Translations under genes and position numbers: made by a program
Shown here: piece after piece, positions 1-10,563 of the stretch
Numbering within the stretch: the first letter of the stretch is position 1
Layout: every line of letters starts with the position of its first letter
Notes under the pieces: generated by a model
Database searches by the model: none
Told to the model about the DNA's origin: nothing
What the model saw: only the letters and a program-made list of their open reading frames with translations
Assembly (NCBI GenBank): GCA_963737155.1
Contig: CAVTRN010000001.1
Coordinates: 1,632,001 to 1,696,000, forward strand
Source: Nitrospirota bacterium
GTDB lineage: Bacteria; Nitrospirota; UBA9217
Reading direction: 5' to 3'
Length of the DNA: 64,000 nt

Positions 1-935
1 GCATGGCAGGGTATATCTATCTTCCCCCAAGAAACCTCGGCATCGACGCAGCAACGGATCAGGCGCACCGGGCAGACGATCTCTGCGGCAGAATCGGGCT
101 TGTGGGTGCCGCTATTTCGGACTATCCCTCGATCGGCGAACTTTGCACCGAGATCAGGGGAAGCGTTTCGATCTCTTCACTACGCGCCGACTCGGTAAGT
201 GAAGACCTCATTAAATGTCTCGCGAAGAGCGGTTACAAAACAATTGCTGTGGCACCCGAAGCCGGGTCGGAACGGCTCAGAAAAGTCATCAACAAGGGAA
301 TTAGAGAAGCCGACATTCTCCGGGCAGCAGATCTTATCTTCAGTCACGGTATTCCGAATCTTAAACTGTATTTCATCATCGGGCTGCCCACCGAGACCAT
401 GGAGGACATTGAGGCGATCATCGCGCTTGCGAACCAAGCGCATGATGTGCAGCTCAAAAATGCACGGCCACTGGGCAGGATCGGAAGGATAACTTTGAGT
501 GTCAATTCTTTTGTTCCCAAGCCTTTTACGCCGTTCCAGTGGGAGCCCATGGAGTCCATCGAAAACCTGAATAAAAAGATCCGCGCTCTTGACAAGTCAG
601 TAAAAAGAATCGGGAACATGAACATGATCCACGATCTGCCGAAATGGGAATATATCCAGGCATTACTTTCGCGCGGCGACAGGAGGATCGGAAGGCTCAT
701 CGCTGCCGCCCACGAACATGGAGGCGATTGGAAAAAGGCATCGAAAGCAACAGGCATCGATGCTGGCGTTTACGTGAGCCGCAGACGCGACTTTGACGAG
801 ATCTTGCCCTGGGATTTTATTGACATCGGTGTGAGAAAAGAATATCTTAGAAATGAGCACGAGCGCGCGCTTGAAGGCAAGTTTACGCCACCCTGCAAGG
901 TCGGTTCTTGCAAGACCTGCGGAGTGTGCAAATAG
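1..935 (+). CDS. Radical SAM protein (B12-binding/TIGR03960-like), 5' truncated by window edge
   Basis: Motifs SSLRAD, APEAGSERLR, KLYFIIGLPTE, FVPKPFTPFQW and a C-terminal CxxxxCxxCGVC; the ORF runs in from the window edge. Confidence 0.8.
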   Translation, partial: MAGYIYLPPRNLGIDAATDQAHRADDLCGRIGLVGAAISDYPSIGELCTEIRGSVSISSLRADSVSEDLIKCLAKSGYKTIAVAPEAGSERLRKVINKGIREADILRAADLIFSHGIPNLKLYFIIGLPTETMEDIEAIIALANQAHDVQLKNARPLGRIGRITLSVNSFVPKPFTPFQWEPMESIENLNKKIRALDKSVKRIGNMNMIHDLPKWEYIQALLSRGDRRIGRLIAAAHEHGGDWKKASKATGIDAGVYVSRRRDFDEILPWDFIDIGVRKEYLRNEHERALEGKFTPPCKVGSCKTCGVCK

Positions 936-1025
936 AGCATTAGTTATTCGCGGATGAACCTGGTAGGAAGCTCATGGAAATAAGTCTGCCCGATGAAATT
1001 GACAAAATGAAAGAAGGATCAACGT

Positions 1026-1811
1026 ATGCAGAGTGTTGAGGGAAAAATCTGGGATCTGCCAGGATTAACAAGCAGCCCCTATTTAACTATCCCAACGCTG
1101 AACGACCTGCAGCGAATCGCCCATGCTTTCACGACGAGGAACAAGAATCTCGGCGCGCGGAACAGAGGAATCAAAGTACCTTCTGACTGGGATGTTGTTG
1201 CCAATCTCTTCAATATTAGAGCCGATCGCGTGGTTACGGTGAATCAGGTTCATGGCAACACCGTCGTTATCGTGAATGACCACAACTACCTTGCTATGCA
1301 GACAATAGAGGCTGATGCTATGATTACGAGCACGCCGGGCATCGCCATCGGAGTCGAGACTGCGGACTGCGTCCCAATCCTGCTGATAGATCCGACGGTC
1401 CCCTCTGTTGCAGCTATCCATGCAGGGTGGCGGAGCACAGTGAGGAGCATTGTCCGCAATACCGTGAGAGTGATGCATAAAAAGTTTGGTTCGGACCCAA
1501 CGCATCTGATCGCTGCTTTCGGTCCAGCCATCGGACCGGAATGCTACGAAGTAGACGAGCTGGTCATGGGGCCGGTACGAGAAGTTTTTCCCTTCTGGGC
1601 GGACCTGGTGTCTCCGCGCGGACAAGAGAAATGGAGTCTGGACCTGGTCAAGGCAAACAGAATGGAGATGCTGCAGGCCGGGCTGGAGGCAAAGAACATA
1701 CATTCACTGGGAATGTGCACCTCCTGCAGAAGGGACCTGTTCTATTCCTTCCGGGCTGAGGGAAAGACCGGGAGGATGCTATCAATCGTGATGATTAAGC
1801 CGCAAAAATAA
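1026..1811 (+). CDS. pgeF: Peptidoglycan editing factor / purine nucleoside phosphorylase YfiH family
   Basis: QVHG, TADCVP, HAGWR, GPAIGPECYEV and YSFR motifs; sits upstream of yggS as usual. Confidence 0.92.
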   Translation: MQSVEGKIWDLPGLTSSPYLTIPTLNDLQRIAHAFTTRNKNLGARNRGIKVPSDWDVVANLFNIRADRVVTVNQVHGNTVVIVNDHNYLAMQTIEADAMITSTPGIAIGVETADCVPILLIDPTVPSVAAIHAGWRSTVRSIVRNTVRVMHKKFGSDPTHLIAAFGPAIGPECYEVDELVMGPVREVFPFWADLVSPRGQEKWSLDLVKANRMEMLQAGLEAKNIHSLGMCTSCRRDLFYSFRAEGKTGRMLSIVMIKPQK

Positions 1812-1899
1812 TCTACTGCAAAGCCGTCATGTTAGAGAAGAGATGCTTATCAAACAATCAAGATTCATTTTCTAGATTTTTGTGAGAGTATTTTCCCCT

Positions 1900-2586
1900 A
1901 TGTCGATTTCAGACAACATTAAAAAGGTTAAGGACAGGATCGCTTCAGCGGCGCGGCACGCTGGCCGTGATCCGTTATCTATTAAGCTGATCGTTGTCAC
2001 TAAAACCGTTGATGTCGAGAGGATTCGCGAGGCTGTAGCAGCGGGAGTGGGAGACCTCGGCGAAAACCGGGTCCAGGAGGCAAAGGAAAAAATCGAACAG
2101 ACCGGCTCCCTTGCGTGCTGGCACCTGATCGGACATCTTCAGTCGAACAAGGCAAAATACGCAGTGAAGCTCTTTGATCTCATTCACTCTATCGACAGCA
2201 TTGAGCTGGCGCAAGAGGTTGACAAACAGGCGGCAAAGATCGGGAAGATACAGAATATTCTCATCGAGGTGAATATTTCCGGTGAAGCGAGCAAAGCCGG
2301 TATCGCAGCCGTTGATGCTGCTAACCTTGTCGGAAAAGCTGCGGTTCTGAAGAACATTTCGATCAAAGGGCTTATGACCGTGCCGCCTTTTTTTGGCAAT
2401 GCAGAAGAGGTAAGACCATATTTTAAAAAATTGAGTGATTTGTCGGCACGAATCAAGAACGAAAATATTTTGCAGGTATCCATGGGAGAATTATCTATGG
2501 GCATGAGCGGCGATTTTGCAGTTGCTGTGGAAGAAGGCGCTACCATGGTAAGGGTAGGTACGGCAATATTCGGGGCGAGAGCCTAG
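1900..2586 (+). CDS. yggS: PLP homeostasis protein YggS
   Basis: VTKT, GENRVQE, WHLIGHLQSNK, LSMGMSGD, VRVGTAIFG. Confidence 0.95.
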   Translation: MSISDNIKKVKDRIASAARHAGRDPLSIKLIVVTKTVDVERIREAVAAGVGDLGENRVQEAKEKIEQTGSLACWHLIGHLQSNKAKYAVKLFDLIHSIDSIELAQEVDKQAAKIGKIQNILIEVNISGEASKAGIAAVDAANLVGKAAVLKNISIKGLMTVPPFFGNAEEVRPYFKKLSDLSARIKNENILQVSMGELSMGMSGDFAVAVEEGATMVRVGTAIFGARA

Positions 2587-2690
2587 GATAATTTCGTCAT
2601 AGAAGCAGAGGGGAAAAAGAAGACCGAGGGCTAACCTCGTGACTCCCCCCCATTATCAAAAGGAAAACCCGAACAGGAGTTGGAGGATAC

Positions 2691-3506
2691 ATGACAATCA
2701 ATGCAAAAATCGCATTCATCGGCAGCGGGAACATGGCTGAGGCGCTCATCAAAGGATTGATTGTGGCGGGAACTGCGAAGGCGAATCAGATTATGGGAAC
2801 GGATGTTTCGACTGACCGTCTTGACCATCTCAAAAAGACCTACGGTATCAGCGCCGCTAAATCGAATATCGAAGCCGCGCACGAGGCGGGGGTCATCATC
2901 CTGAGCGTCAAACCCCAAATTATTGAAAGAGTCTTGACAGAAATATCCTCCGTAGTGGATGATAAAAAGCTGGTCATTTCCATAGCAGCAGGAATCGCCC
3001 TTGCGAAGATCGAAAAATCCTTGAGAGAAACGGCCCGCATCGTGCGCGTCATGCCGAATACGCCAGCACTCGTGCTAGCGGGAGTGGCAGCGCTGTCTGC
3101 GGGAAAGAATGTTACGAACGAGGATCTCGCCCTCGCACAGAGTATATTTAACTCCGTGGGCAGAACTGTGATAGTTGATGAGAAACTTATGGACGCGGTA
3201 ACCGGCCTCTCTGGGAGCGGCCCGGCTTATATTTTCATGATCATCGATTCACTCTCCGACGCGGGCGTGAAGGTCGGTCTGCCCCGGTCGCTTGCGCTCG
3301 AGCTTGCTGCACAGACTGTTTACGGCTCCTCCAAAATGGTGTTGGAAACCAATGAGCATCCCGGCAAACTTCGGGACATGGTGACGTCCCCGGGCGGGAC
3401 CACGATCGAAGGGTTGCATGCACTCGAAAAAGGAAAGCTGCGGGCCACGCTCATGAATGCCGTGGAGGCGGCAACAGCGCGGAGCAAAGAGCTAGGAAGT
3501 CAATAA
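2691..3506 (+). CDS. proC: Pyrroline-5-carboxylate reductase
   Basis: FIGSGNMA, RVMPNTP, TGLSGSGPAY, VTSPGGTT. Confidence 0.97.
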   Translation: MTINAKIAFIGSGNMAEALIKGLIVAGTAKANQIMGTDVSTDRLDHLKKTYGISAAKSNIEAAHEAGVIILSVKPQIIERVLTEISSVVDDKKLVISIAAGIALAKIEKSLRETARIVRVMPNTPALVLAGVAALSAGKNVTNEDLALAQSIFNSVGRTVIVDEKLMDAVTGLSGSGPAYIFMIIDSLSDAGVKVGLPRSLALELAAQTVYGSSKMVLETNEHPGKLRDMVTSPGGTTIEGLHALEKGKLRATLMNAVEAATARSKELGSQ

Positions 3507-3556
3507 AAACCATCGTATCTAAGGAGTCGAAAGATCACGAGATGCAGGGAGGAAGA

Positions 3557-3856
3557 ATGTTCGTATTCGGAAATGTCATTCTGGGGGTTGCCAAGGTGCT
3601 CGATGTGGTATTGAATATCTATATGTGGGTCATTATCATACGTGCGCTCATATCGTGGGTAAACCCGGACCCCTATAACCCGATTGTGCAGTTTCTGACA
3701 CGTGTTACCGAGCCGGTGCTCAGGCCGATCAGAAAGCTGGTCCCGCCTTATAAAATCGGCATTGATCTGTCGCCACTCATAGCTATTCTTATAATTATTT
3801 TCTTACAGTACGCCGTCGTCGAAACGCTCAGGCGCGTCGGTTACTCTATGGGATAA
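3557..3856 (+). CDS. yggT: YggT family membrane protein
   Basis: ISWVNPDPYNP..TEPVL.PIR..IDLSP; GGAGG upstream of ATG 3557. Confidence 0.92.
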   Translation: MFVFGNVILGVAKVLDVVLNIYMWVIIIRALISWVNPDPYNPIVQFLTRVTEPVLRPIRKLVPPYKIGIDLSPLIAILIIIFLQYAVVETLRRVGYSMG

Positions 3857-3892
3857 AAAAGAGATTTTGCCACACAGTAAGGGAGGCAATGT

Positions 3893-4384
3893 ATGGTTGA
3901 AGGTTTCAAAGTGACCCCAATCGACATCCAACAGAAACGATTTCATATCGGGTTTCGCGGTTATGAACGCACCGAAGTGGAAATGTTTCTCGACCTGGTA
4001 CGGGATGAGATGGAAACGCTAATTCGCGAATTGATGGATCTGCGTGAATTCAAGCAGTCCTACGATCAGCGGCTTCGCGAATTGATCGAAAAAGAGGAAG
4101 TGGTCAAAAAAACGATGTTTATGACCCAAAAACTTATGGAGGACCAGAAGGACAACGCGCACAGGGAAGCGGCGCTCATCATCAAGGATGCGGAAATCCG
4201 CAGTCTTCAGATTGTGGGAAGCGCACACGAGGGGAAAAGTCGGTTGGATGCGGAAATACGGGAACTCAGCAGACGCAAGCATCACTATCTTGAGGATATG
4301 AAGAAGGTGATCCAGATGCACCAGGAGATGATCAATTTCGAGGAGACGGGCGCTGATGCCAAAGAAGAGCCCCCCCAGGAATGA
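3893..4384 (+). CDS. divIVA: DivIVA domain protein
   Basis: TPIDIQQKRF..GFRGYERTEV..FLD followed by coiled coil; operon context. Confidence 0.88.
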   Translation: MVEGFKVTPIDIQQKRFHIGFRGYERTEVEMFLDLVRDEMETLIRELMDLREFKQSYDQRLRELIEKEEVVKKTMFMTQKLMEDQKDNAHREAALIIKDAEIRSLQIVGSAHEGKSRLDAEIRELSRRKHHYLEDMKKVIQMHQEMINFEETGADAKEEPPQE

Positions 4385-4667
4385 GACAGCCCCAGCGATC
4401 GCTTTGCTCTCAGTCCGAATCCAGCCGCGGGCATCTAAAAACGAAATTATCCTCATGGAGAATGGTAGGCTTAAGATCCGGTTGACAGCGCCGCCCGTTG
4501 ACGGAGCCGCGAATGATGCACTAGTCAGGTTTCTTGCCGAACGTCTATCGATCGCCAAAACAAAGGTGGAGATCATTTCCGGCCATAAGGGGAGAGTGAA
4601 GGTCATTGGGGTCAATGGAATGAGCAGTGAGGCTGTTGAAAGGATATTGAATATAAAGAGGGAATAG
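4356..4667 (+). CDS. yggU: DUF167/YggU family protein
   Basis: VRIQPRAS..LKIRLTAPPVDGAANDAL..ISGHKGR; exact start uncertain. Confidence 0.88.
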   Translation: MPKKSPPRNETAPAIALLSVRIQPRASKNEIILMENGRLKIRLTAPPVDGAANDALVRFLAERLSIAKTKVEIISGHKGRVKVIGVNGMSSEAVERILNIKRE

Positions 4668-4747
4668 GGTAAAATATAGCAGAGAGAAGTTTTTTTCATT
4701 TTACTCTAAAAATTGTGAAATTTGGACTGAAAAGTGTATTTGAAAAA

Positions 4748-5100
4748 GGGGGCGACAGGTTTCGACGGGGATCGAGATGTCAGGAGTTGCATGCCGAGGT
4801 GCCATGGGGCTCGTAAAATACATGGTAAATAACAACTGCCAATAATGAACTGGCACTCGCTGCCTAATTTAGGCTAGCGCGTCTCCCGGCCGGCGCCTGA
4901 ACAGTCGAAGGGACGTCAAAAACCAGGCTGGTCTTTCTGACTTCGTCCGGGGCGGAAAGACGAGACAAACCGGGCTGGCCAATTCCAAAGCTTTCCCCAA
5001 GGCGGTGGATGAGGTAAGAGTTTAAAATGAGGGGATAAGCATGTATGAGCTTCTGGCTGAAGGTTTTCGGACGTGGGTTCGATTCCCACCGCCTCCACCA
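4748..5100 (+). ncRNA. ssrA: tmRNA (SsrA); tag ORF 4838-4867 encodes (A)ANNELALAA*
   Basis: 5' GGGGGCGACAGGTTTCGAC, 3' GGGTTCGATTCCCACCGCCTCCACCA tRNA-like domain, ALAA-ending tag. Confidence 0.97.
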
Positions 5101-5280
5101 TTTAAGTTATTGAAAAATAAAGGCTTTTTAGTGTTTTTGTGGGTTTCTACAAATAATAAGTTGTGATTGACTTAAGGCTGATTTCTAATGAGATCAGCCT
5201 TTTTTTTGCGCCATCAGTCACCAATGCTGTAATAGGCGGTTCCGTGATAATTTATCTAATAAGATTGAACGCCACACTGA
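5087..5280 (+). repeat. att core plus left arm of island 1, near-identical to 46568-46759
   Basis: Direct comparison shows ~190 bp shared (…gtgtttttgtgggtttctac…aagattgaacgccacactga). Confidence 0.92.
5174..5207 (+). terminator. Intrinsic terminator downstream of tmRNA, inside the island arm
   Basis: AAGGCTGATTTC-TAAT-GAGATCAGCCTT followed by a T run. Confidence 0.75.
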
Positions 5281-5444
5281 TATTTCTATCCGTGATTTCC
5301 TTCTTTGTCATTTGTTCGCACCTTTTAGGTATTATCGCGCGGGATTAGTTTTTGAAGTGAACTCAATGCCATAGTACAGTTAGTATCATTGCCTTTGAAG
5401 TAATAATTCAGGTTGAAATGTGCAATTATTTCGATTCATAATAA

Positions 5445-7027
5445 GAGCCTGTTGCATAAATCATTTGACATTAATATACGAATAGTATAGTATTGGTCAT
5501 CACGCATATAAGGAGACGCTGGATGGCCTACAATTTCAAAGACTGTAACCGAGATCAAGTATATCTCATGCCGCCCACCTTGCAGGAGTGGCTGCCATCC
5601 AAGGACCTTGTTTGGATGGTCCTTGACGTCGTGGCAGAAATGGATCTTACGGCATTCTACCGAAAATACCGTCAGGACGGAAAAGGCCAGGCAGCTTTTG
5701 AGCCGTCAATGATGGTCTCCCTGCTGTTATATGCCTACAGCCTCGGTATCCGATCATCCCGTGAGATCGAGAAGCTTTGCGAACGGGACATCGGATTCAA
5801 GGTAATTGCCGCCAACCAAGTTCCGGACCACTGCACCATCAGCCGATTTCGGAAGGACAACGGCCAGGCACTGGAGGGGCTGTTCAAACAGATGCTCAAG
5901 CTCTGCAAGGAAGCCGGGCTCGTCAAAGTCGGCATCGTGGCCCTTGACGGGAGCAAGATAAAGGCTAACGCAGCCCTGGAAGCCAACCGCACGTACGAAC
6001 ATATCGAGCAGGAAGTGAAGAGGATGCTCGATGAAGCGGAGGCCAAGGACACCGAGGAAGACCGGCAGTACGGCCAAAACAAACGGGGCGACGAACTTCC
6101 TGATGAACTTGCCGACCGAACCAGCCGCAGAGCCCGCCTTGCCGCGTGCAAAAAGCGGTTGGAAGAACAGGCTGCAGAGGCAGCAGCCGAGCAACAGTCA
6201 AAGATCGAAGAACGACAGGCCCAAGAGGCTGAAACCGGCAGCAAGAAACGGGGCCGCAAACCTCAGGAGCCTGATCCGACGCCATCGTCGGAAGCGAAGG
6301 CCAATATGACTGATCCGGACAGCAGGATCATGAAAACCCGAAGCGGATATGTTCAGGGCTACAACAGCCAGGCCGTGGTCACCAAGGAGCAGATCATCAT
6401 CGCCGCCGAGGTCACGAACCAGGAAAACGACATCAACCAGCTGCATCCCATGATCCAGAAGGCCCAGGAGAACTTAAACGAGATCGCCCTGCAAAAAGAA
6501 CTGAAGATCGAAATATCTCTGAGCGATGCCGGCTACGCAAGTGAGAAGAACTTTGCGGCCATCACTCCCGACGGTCCCGAACATCTTATCGCAACCAAGA
6601 AAGACTGGAAGCAACGTAAAGAGGCCGCCGCATCATCCCCGCCCCAAGGGAGGATACCAAAAAGCCTGACACTCCGGCAGAGGATGGAGAGGAAGCTCCT
6701 GACCAAGCGGGGCAGAGAGCTTTATAAGAAACGAGGCCAGACCGTCGAACCGATCTTTGGCCAGATTAAAGACAATCGCGGCATCCGGCACTACATGCGC
6801 CGAGGGATTGAAGCCTGCTCCCAGGAATGGAAACTCATCTGCGCGACGCACAATCTCTTGAAGCTTTGGCGAAGCGGCAAAGAGATTGCGGCCCAGATGG
6901 CAGTATAAAGAACGAAAACGACAGCTGATTCATGCCGTGTGCTTCGCAGAGATACCCCATTTGCAGTCTGGCACTATCCCATATGGGCGATCATAAACGG
7001 CTATGCTGGCATTTGAGCAACAGGCTC
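5445..7027 (+). mobile_element. IS1182-family IS, copy 1 (1583 bp, 4-bp TSD ATAA)
   Basis: IRs GAGCCTGTTGCATAAAT / ATTTGAGCAACAGGCTC; ATAA on both flanks. Confidence 0.92.
5523..6908 (+). CDS. IS1182-family DDE transposase
   Basis: SSREIE..PDHCTISRFR, VALDGSKIKANA, DAGY, YKKRGQTVEPIFGQIK; AAGGAG RBS before ATG 5523. Confidence 0.93.
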   Translation: MAYNFKDCNRDQVYLMPPTLQEWLPSKDLVWMVLDVVAEMDLTAFYRKYRQDGKGQAAFEPSMMVSLLLYAYSLGIRSSREIEKLCERDIGFKVIAANQVPDHCTISRFRKDNGQALEGLFKQMLKLCKEAGLVKVGIVALDGSKIKANAALEANRTYEHIEQEVKRMLDEAEAKDTEEDRQYGQNKRGDELPDELADRTSRRARLAACKKRLEEQAAEAAAEQQSKIEERQAQEAETGSKKRGRKPQEPDPTPSSEAKANMTDPDSRIMKTRSGYVQGYNSQAVVTKEQIIIAAEVTNQENDINQLHPMIQKAQENLNEIALQKELKIEISLSDAGYASEKNFAAITPDGPEHLIATKKDWKQRKEAAASSPPQGRIPKSLTLRQRMERKLLTKRGRELYKKRGQTVEPIFGQIKDNRGIRHYMRRGIEACSQEWKLICATHNLLKLWRSGKEIAAQMAV

Positions 7028-7323
7028 ATAACTCGCGACCTTCTTCCTGAATCTGTTGAAGTTGCCATTCTTCGCAACACATAAAGTTTCAATCTGAATT
7101 CATTAACGTTATATATGGGTAGAACATGGGGTTATATACCCTTAGAATCACCGCTCGACACTATTGTCATAAATATAAAACAAGCCTTTTGTCCTGACAA
7201 CTTATAGCAATGGATATGTTTGTTTGAATCGCCAGGATCGTCTTCTACCGGACTAACATCGGATGCTCAGCATTATCGGAACGGATTCCACTCCGCTAAT
7301 AACTGTGGTCACCGATTTCTCCT

Positions 7324-8559
7324 TCACAAGAGTCGTTCCTCTTTCCCCCCCATCTCAACCGCTTTTTTTATCTCTTCTTTGAGGTGCTCCGGAAGCCCCT
7401 TTATCTCAATATCCAAAAAACCTCTGACAATGGCGGCAGTCGCCTCTTCACCGGTCAGTCCCCGCGCCATTAGATACTGGATCTCTTCCTCTGCGATCTT
7501 TCCGACAGCGGCCTCGTGGGACATATCGACGCCGCTCACTCTGCCGTCGAGCTCGGGGATGGCGAGGATCGAGCCCCGTTCGGAGAGAATGAGCCCCCGG
7601 CATTCCAGATGAGCCTTGATACCGGGAACCTCACCGATCAAGTTCCCCCTCGCGACAATGGCGCCCCCCTTCGTGATCGCCCTTGCAACGACCTCCGCCC
7701 TGCTTCCCTTCGCTCTCAGAAAGACCTTGGAGCCCACATCCATATTCGATCCCTCCGGCGCCAAAAGAACGGTATTGTACCTGACCGTCGCGTTTTCGCC
7801 AATGCAGTACGCGGCGGGATACATCTGGAGGGTCTTTACCGGTCGCATGCAGATGTAGTTGCTCATGAAAACGCCATTTTCTTCCACGATCGTACCGGTC
7901 CTGGGTCTCACCGCCACGTCCTCAGCCCAGTTATGGATCATGGTAAAAGTGACCTTTGCGTTTTTCTGCACGTAAAACTCGGAGACGCCGACATGGAGCC
8001 CCGACTTAACTGTCTGAGCAGTCGTGCAGCCGGTGATTATATGGAGCTCTGAACCCTCCTCGGCTATGATTACGTTGTGTACGTTCTGAGCCATGCCTTC
8101 CTGTGTCATGTAAAGGCAGGCCTGCAGAGGAAATTCCACCTTCGCCCCGGTCAGGGCACGCAAAAAGTAGCCATGATGCTGTTTCAGCTCCGCCTGGGCT
8201 GTATACTTGTCCGCGTCCACCTGCACGGCCTTCCACCAGTAGTCTCTGAGCCACTCGTATTTTTTAAGCGCCTCTGTGATGCTCATCACTTCAAGGCCGT
8301 CTTGATACGCCGAAGAGAGCATGACCGAATGGTCCATCTGGAAAAATGACCCTGCCCTGCATACCTCCTCCGGATCAATACCCACGGTGGCAGCCCGCTC
8401 CTTTACCTCATCGGTCAGCCCCGTCAATCTTTGAATCTCACTATGCTCCTCTGCCTGGCCGGAATATGCGGCGAGATCGATATCTGAACCGATGGCTGCA
8501 GGTTTCTTCTCAGCATCTCTTGCTCTTTCCTGAATAGTTACCTTCGGCATCTTACACAC
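7324..8559 (-). CDS. sufB: SufB/SufD family Fe-S scaffold (SmsB-like)
   Basis: QNVHNVIIAEEGSELHIITGC, HLECRGL, IPELD, SHEAAVGKIAEEEIQYLMARG. Confidence 0.9.
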   Translation of the reverse strand: MCKMPKVTIQERARDAEKKPAAIGSDIDLAAYSGQAEEHSEIQRLTGLTDEVKERAATVGIDPEEVCRAGSFFQMDHSVMLSSAYQDGLEVMSITEALKKYEWLRDYWWKAVQVDADKYTAQAELKQHHGYFLRALTGAKVEFPLQACLYMTQEGMAQNVHNVIIAEEGSELHIITGCTTAQTVKSGLHVGVSEFYVQKNAKVTFTMIHNWAEDVAVRPRTGTIVEENGVFMSNYICMRPVKTLQMYPAAYCIGENATVRYNTVLLAPEGSNMDVGSKVFLRAKGSRAEVVARAITKGGAIVARGNLIGEVPGIKAHLECRGLILSERGSILAIPELDGRVSGVDMSHEAAVGKIAEEEIQYLMARGLTGEEATAAIVRGFLDIEIKGLPEHLKEEIKKAVEMGGKEERLL

Positions 8560-9290
8560 TCCTCGTACCCTTTAGCCCGTATGTCATCCAGAATGTCCCG
8601 CGAGTTCCCGGAGCAGCTCACCGTGCTGTTCAGCATAACGTATGCTCTGTCGGCATTGACATAATCTAGGATATAGCCGGCATGCGTTATGATCAATCCC
8701 CCCTTTGTTCTCTTATCTTTCCTTTTATCTTTCTCGATCAATTCATTTATTACCTTGCCCACCAGATTGATATTGACTAGGTCCACGCCTGAATCAGGTT
8801 CATCGAACATAATGAACTCGGGATTCTGTGCGAGAAGTTGAAGAAGTTCGGACCGTTTGATCTCTCCGCCGGAAAACCCCAGATTGATGTCCCTATCCAA
8901 AAATTCGGTAAAGTTCAATTTGTCGGCGTCCTCGTTGATTCTTTCTTCCATGTAAGAACCGCTATTCTCCATGCAGATGCGCAGCATGTCTCTAAGCTTC
9001 ACCCCCCGCACCGATGGGGGATTCTGAAACACTATGCCGATGCCCATCCTGGCACGCTCGTCTATGCTGCGTTGCGTGATGTCCTTACCCCTGAAGACAA
9101 TGCTTCCCGATTCTACCCTGTACTGCGGAATTCCCATGATCGTCTTTAGAAGAGAGGTCTTTCCAGAACCGTTCGGACCAAACAAAACAATTGTCTCCCC
9201 CTGCACGATGCCAAGGTTCACATCATTGAGTATCCTTTTCCCATCAACGCTGACTGACAGATTTCTGATCTCTATCAAACTGGAAAGCAT
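8538..9290 (-). CDS. sufC: SufC-type ABC ATPase (SmsC-like) with C-terminal CxxC
   Basis: GPNGSGKT, RDINLGFSGGEIKRSELLQ, DEPDSGVD, C-terminal CVRC; overlaps sufB. Confidence 0.9.
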   Translation of the reverse strand: MLSSLIEIRNLSVSVDGKRILNDVNLGIVQGETIVLFGPNGSGKTSLLKTIMGIPQYRVESGSIVFRGKDITQRSIDERARMGIGIVFQNPPSVRGVKLRDMLRICMENSGSYMEERINEDADKLNFTEFLDRDINLGFSGGEIKRSELLQLLAQNPEFIMFDEPDSGVDLVNINLVGKVINELIEKDKRKDKRTKGGLIITHAGYILDYVNADRAYVMLNSTVSCSGNSRDILDDIRAKGYEECVRCRR

Positions 9291-10563
9291 GCTTTTCTCC
9301 CCGGCGGTGTTCCCTCACAGACTGCATCCATGCTTTAATTTTAGCAAACTTTTCTGAGAATGCCTGAAACATTCTGCACATGTAGCCATAATAATCCTTG
9401 CAAATAATAAAACGTTGCTCTCATAAATGAGCAGCGGTCATAGTCATGCGTTCCATGTTATGGCTGATCTCCGGTAATTCAAAAAAGAAGCTAAAGCAAT
9501 AGCCACTGATATTTTTAGTGTCAGCCAATCCCGCGTCTTAACTTGATAGGCGGAAAATAGCTTTAATATAATTTAGAGATACTCATCGCTCTCGCAAGGA
9601 AGGCAAGAATGTACATCAGCCTTAACAGAGCTGCGCAGTGACATGAGTTAACCAGTCGTCCGAGAATGTCGCAACGAAAAATCAGCCGCACCTCTAAACG
9701 CATCGTTCATGTATAAGTTTCTTTATGGTGCAGGAGTAATCGGTACCTGCCGGTGAGAGAGTAACAGAGGACGTTGATCCAGAAACTTCAAGCCGAATTT
9801 ATTGATTGTTTCAACAATAAAATCCACACACATGTGATGCTCAAATAGTTAGACATCGCGAAAAAAATGAAGAATTCCGTTTCAAGTTTTTAGTCCTTTG
9901 TTCTTACTGTTTCTGTTGAAGTTCCCATTCTTTGAAACATATAAAGTTTTATTCTGCAATCGTCAACTCGCCCTTCCAGATCTATGCTATATTATTTATT
10001 GAAGTTCTTTTAAGAATAAACTAAGGAAGTCTGTAGTAGATCCTTTCAATAGTTGAAGGAAGGCAATAATCATGGCAAGAGCAATTTCACTTATTATTTC
10101 CGGCCAGCCGGTTAATTAACATCATCAGGCAGTTCCATCAAAGCCTGTCGGAGAGGAAGCTATCCCAAAACCATTGGTGACACCGTCGCTATCTTGACTC
10201 AGGGCAAGCACGCAGTATAGCTCAGAACAACTGGTCCAACAGGGGCGGAGGATATAAAAGAAACTCCCGTTCAGAAGGCTGTTTAGTCTTTAGCTGGCAA
10301 GAAGCTTGTTCGATCAATGCCGACCAGCTGATGCATGAAAAAATGGATCACGATTCCGGTGTTTTGTCTCGTCTTTTTAACAAAAACACCTCTGCCTACC
10401 GGCCATTTTCACGTAAGAGCGGGTATCGCAGGAATAGAAATATTTCAGGCCGAAATTAGCAGGGGTTATAACCACTGGAGGAACGGGGATATTGGACAGT
10501 ACTTTCGCTGACCAGAGTCCCTATTCCAGCGAGTCTTTGATAGCATGTGAGTTAGTGGATGCG

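Noticed and set aside
4916-5101. ORF MVEAVGIEPTS.. on the minus strand
   Set aside because: It is the antisense shadow of the tmRNA.
9300-10560. 1.2-kb intergenic region as a riboswitch or ncRNA
   Set aside because: No recognisable aptamer motif; it looks like promoter sequence and gene debris. An Rfam scan would be needed to exclude it fully.
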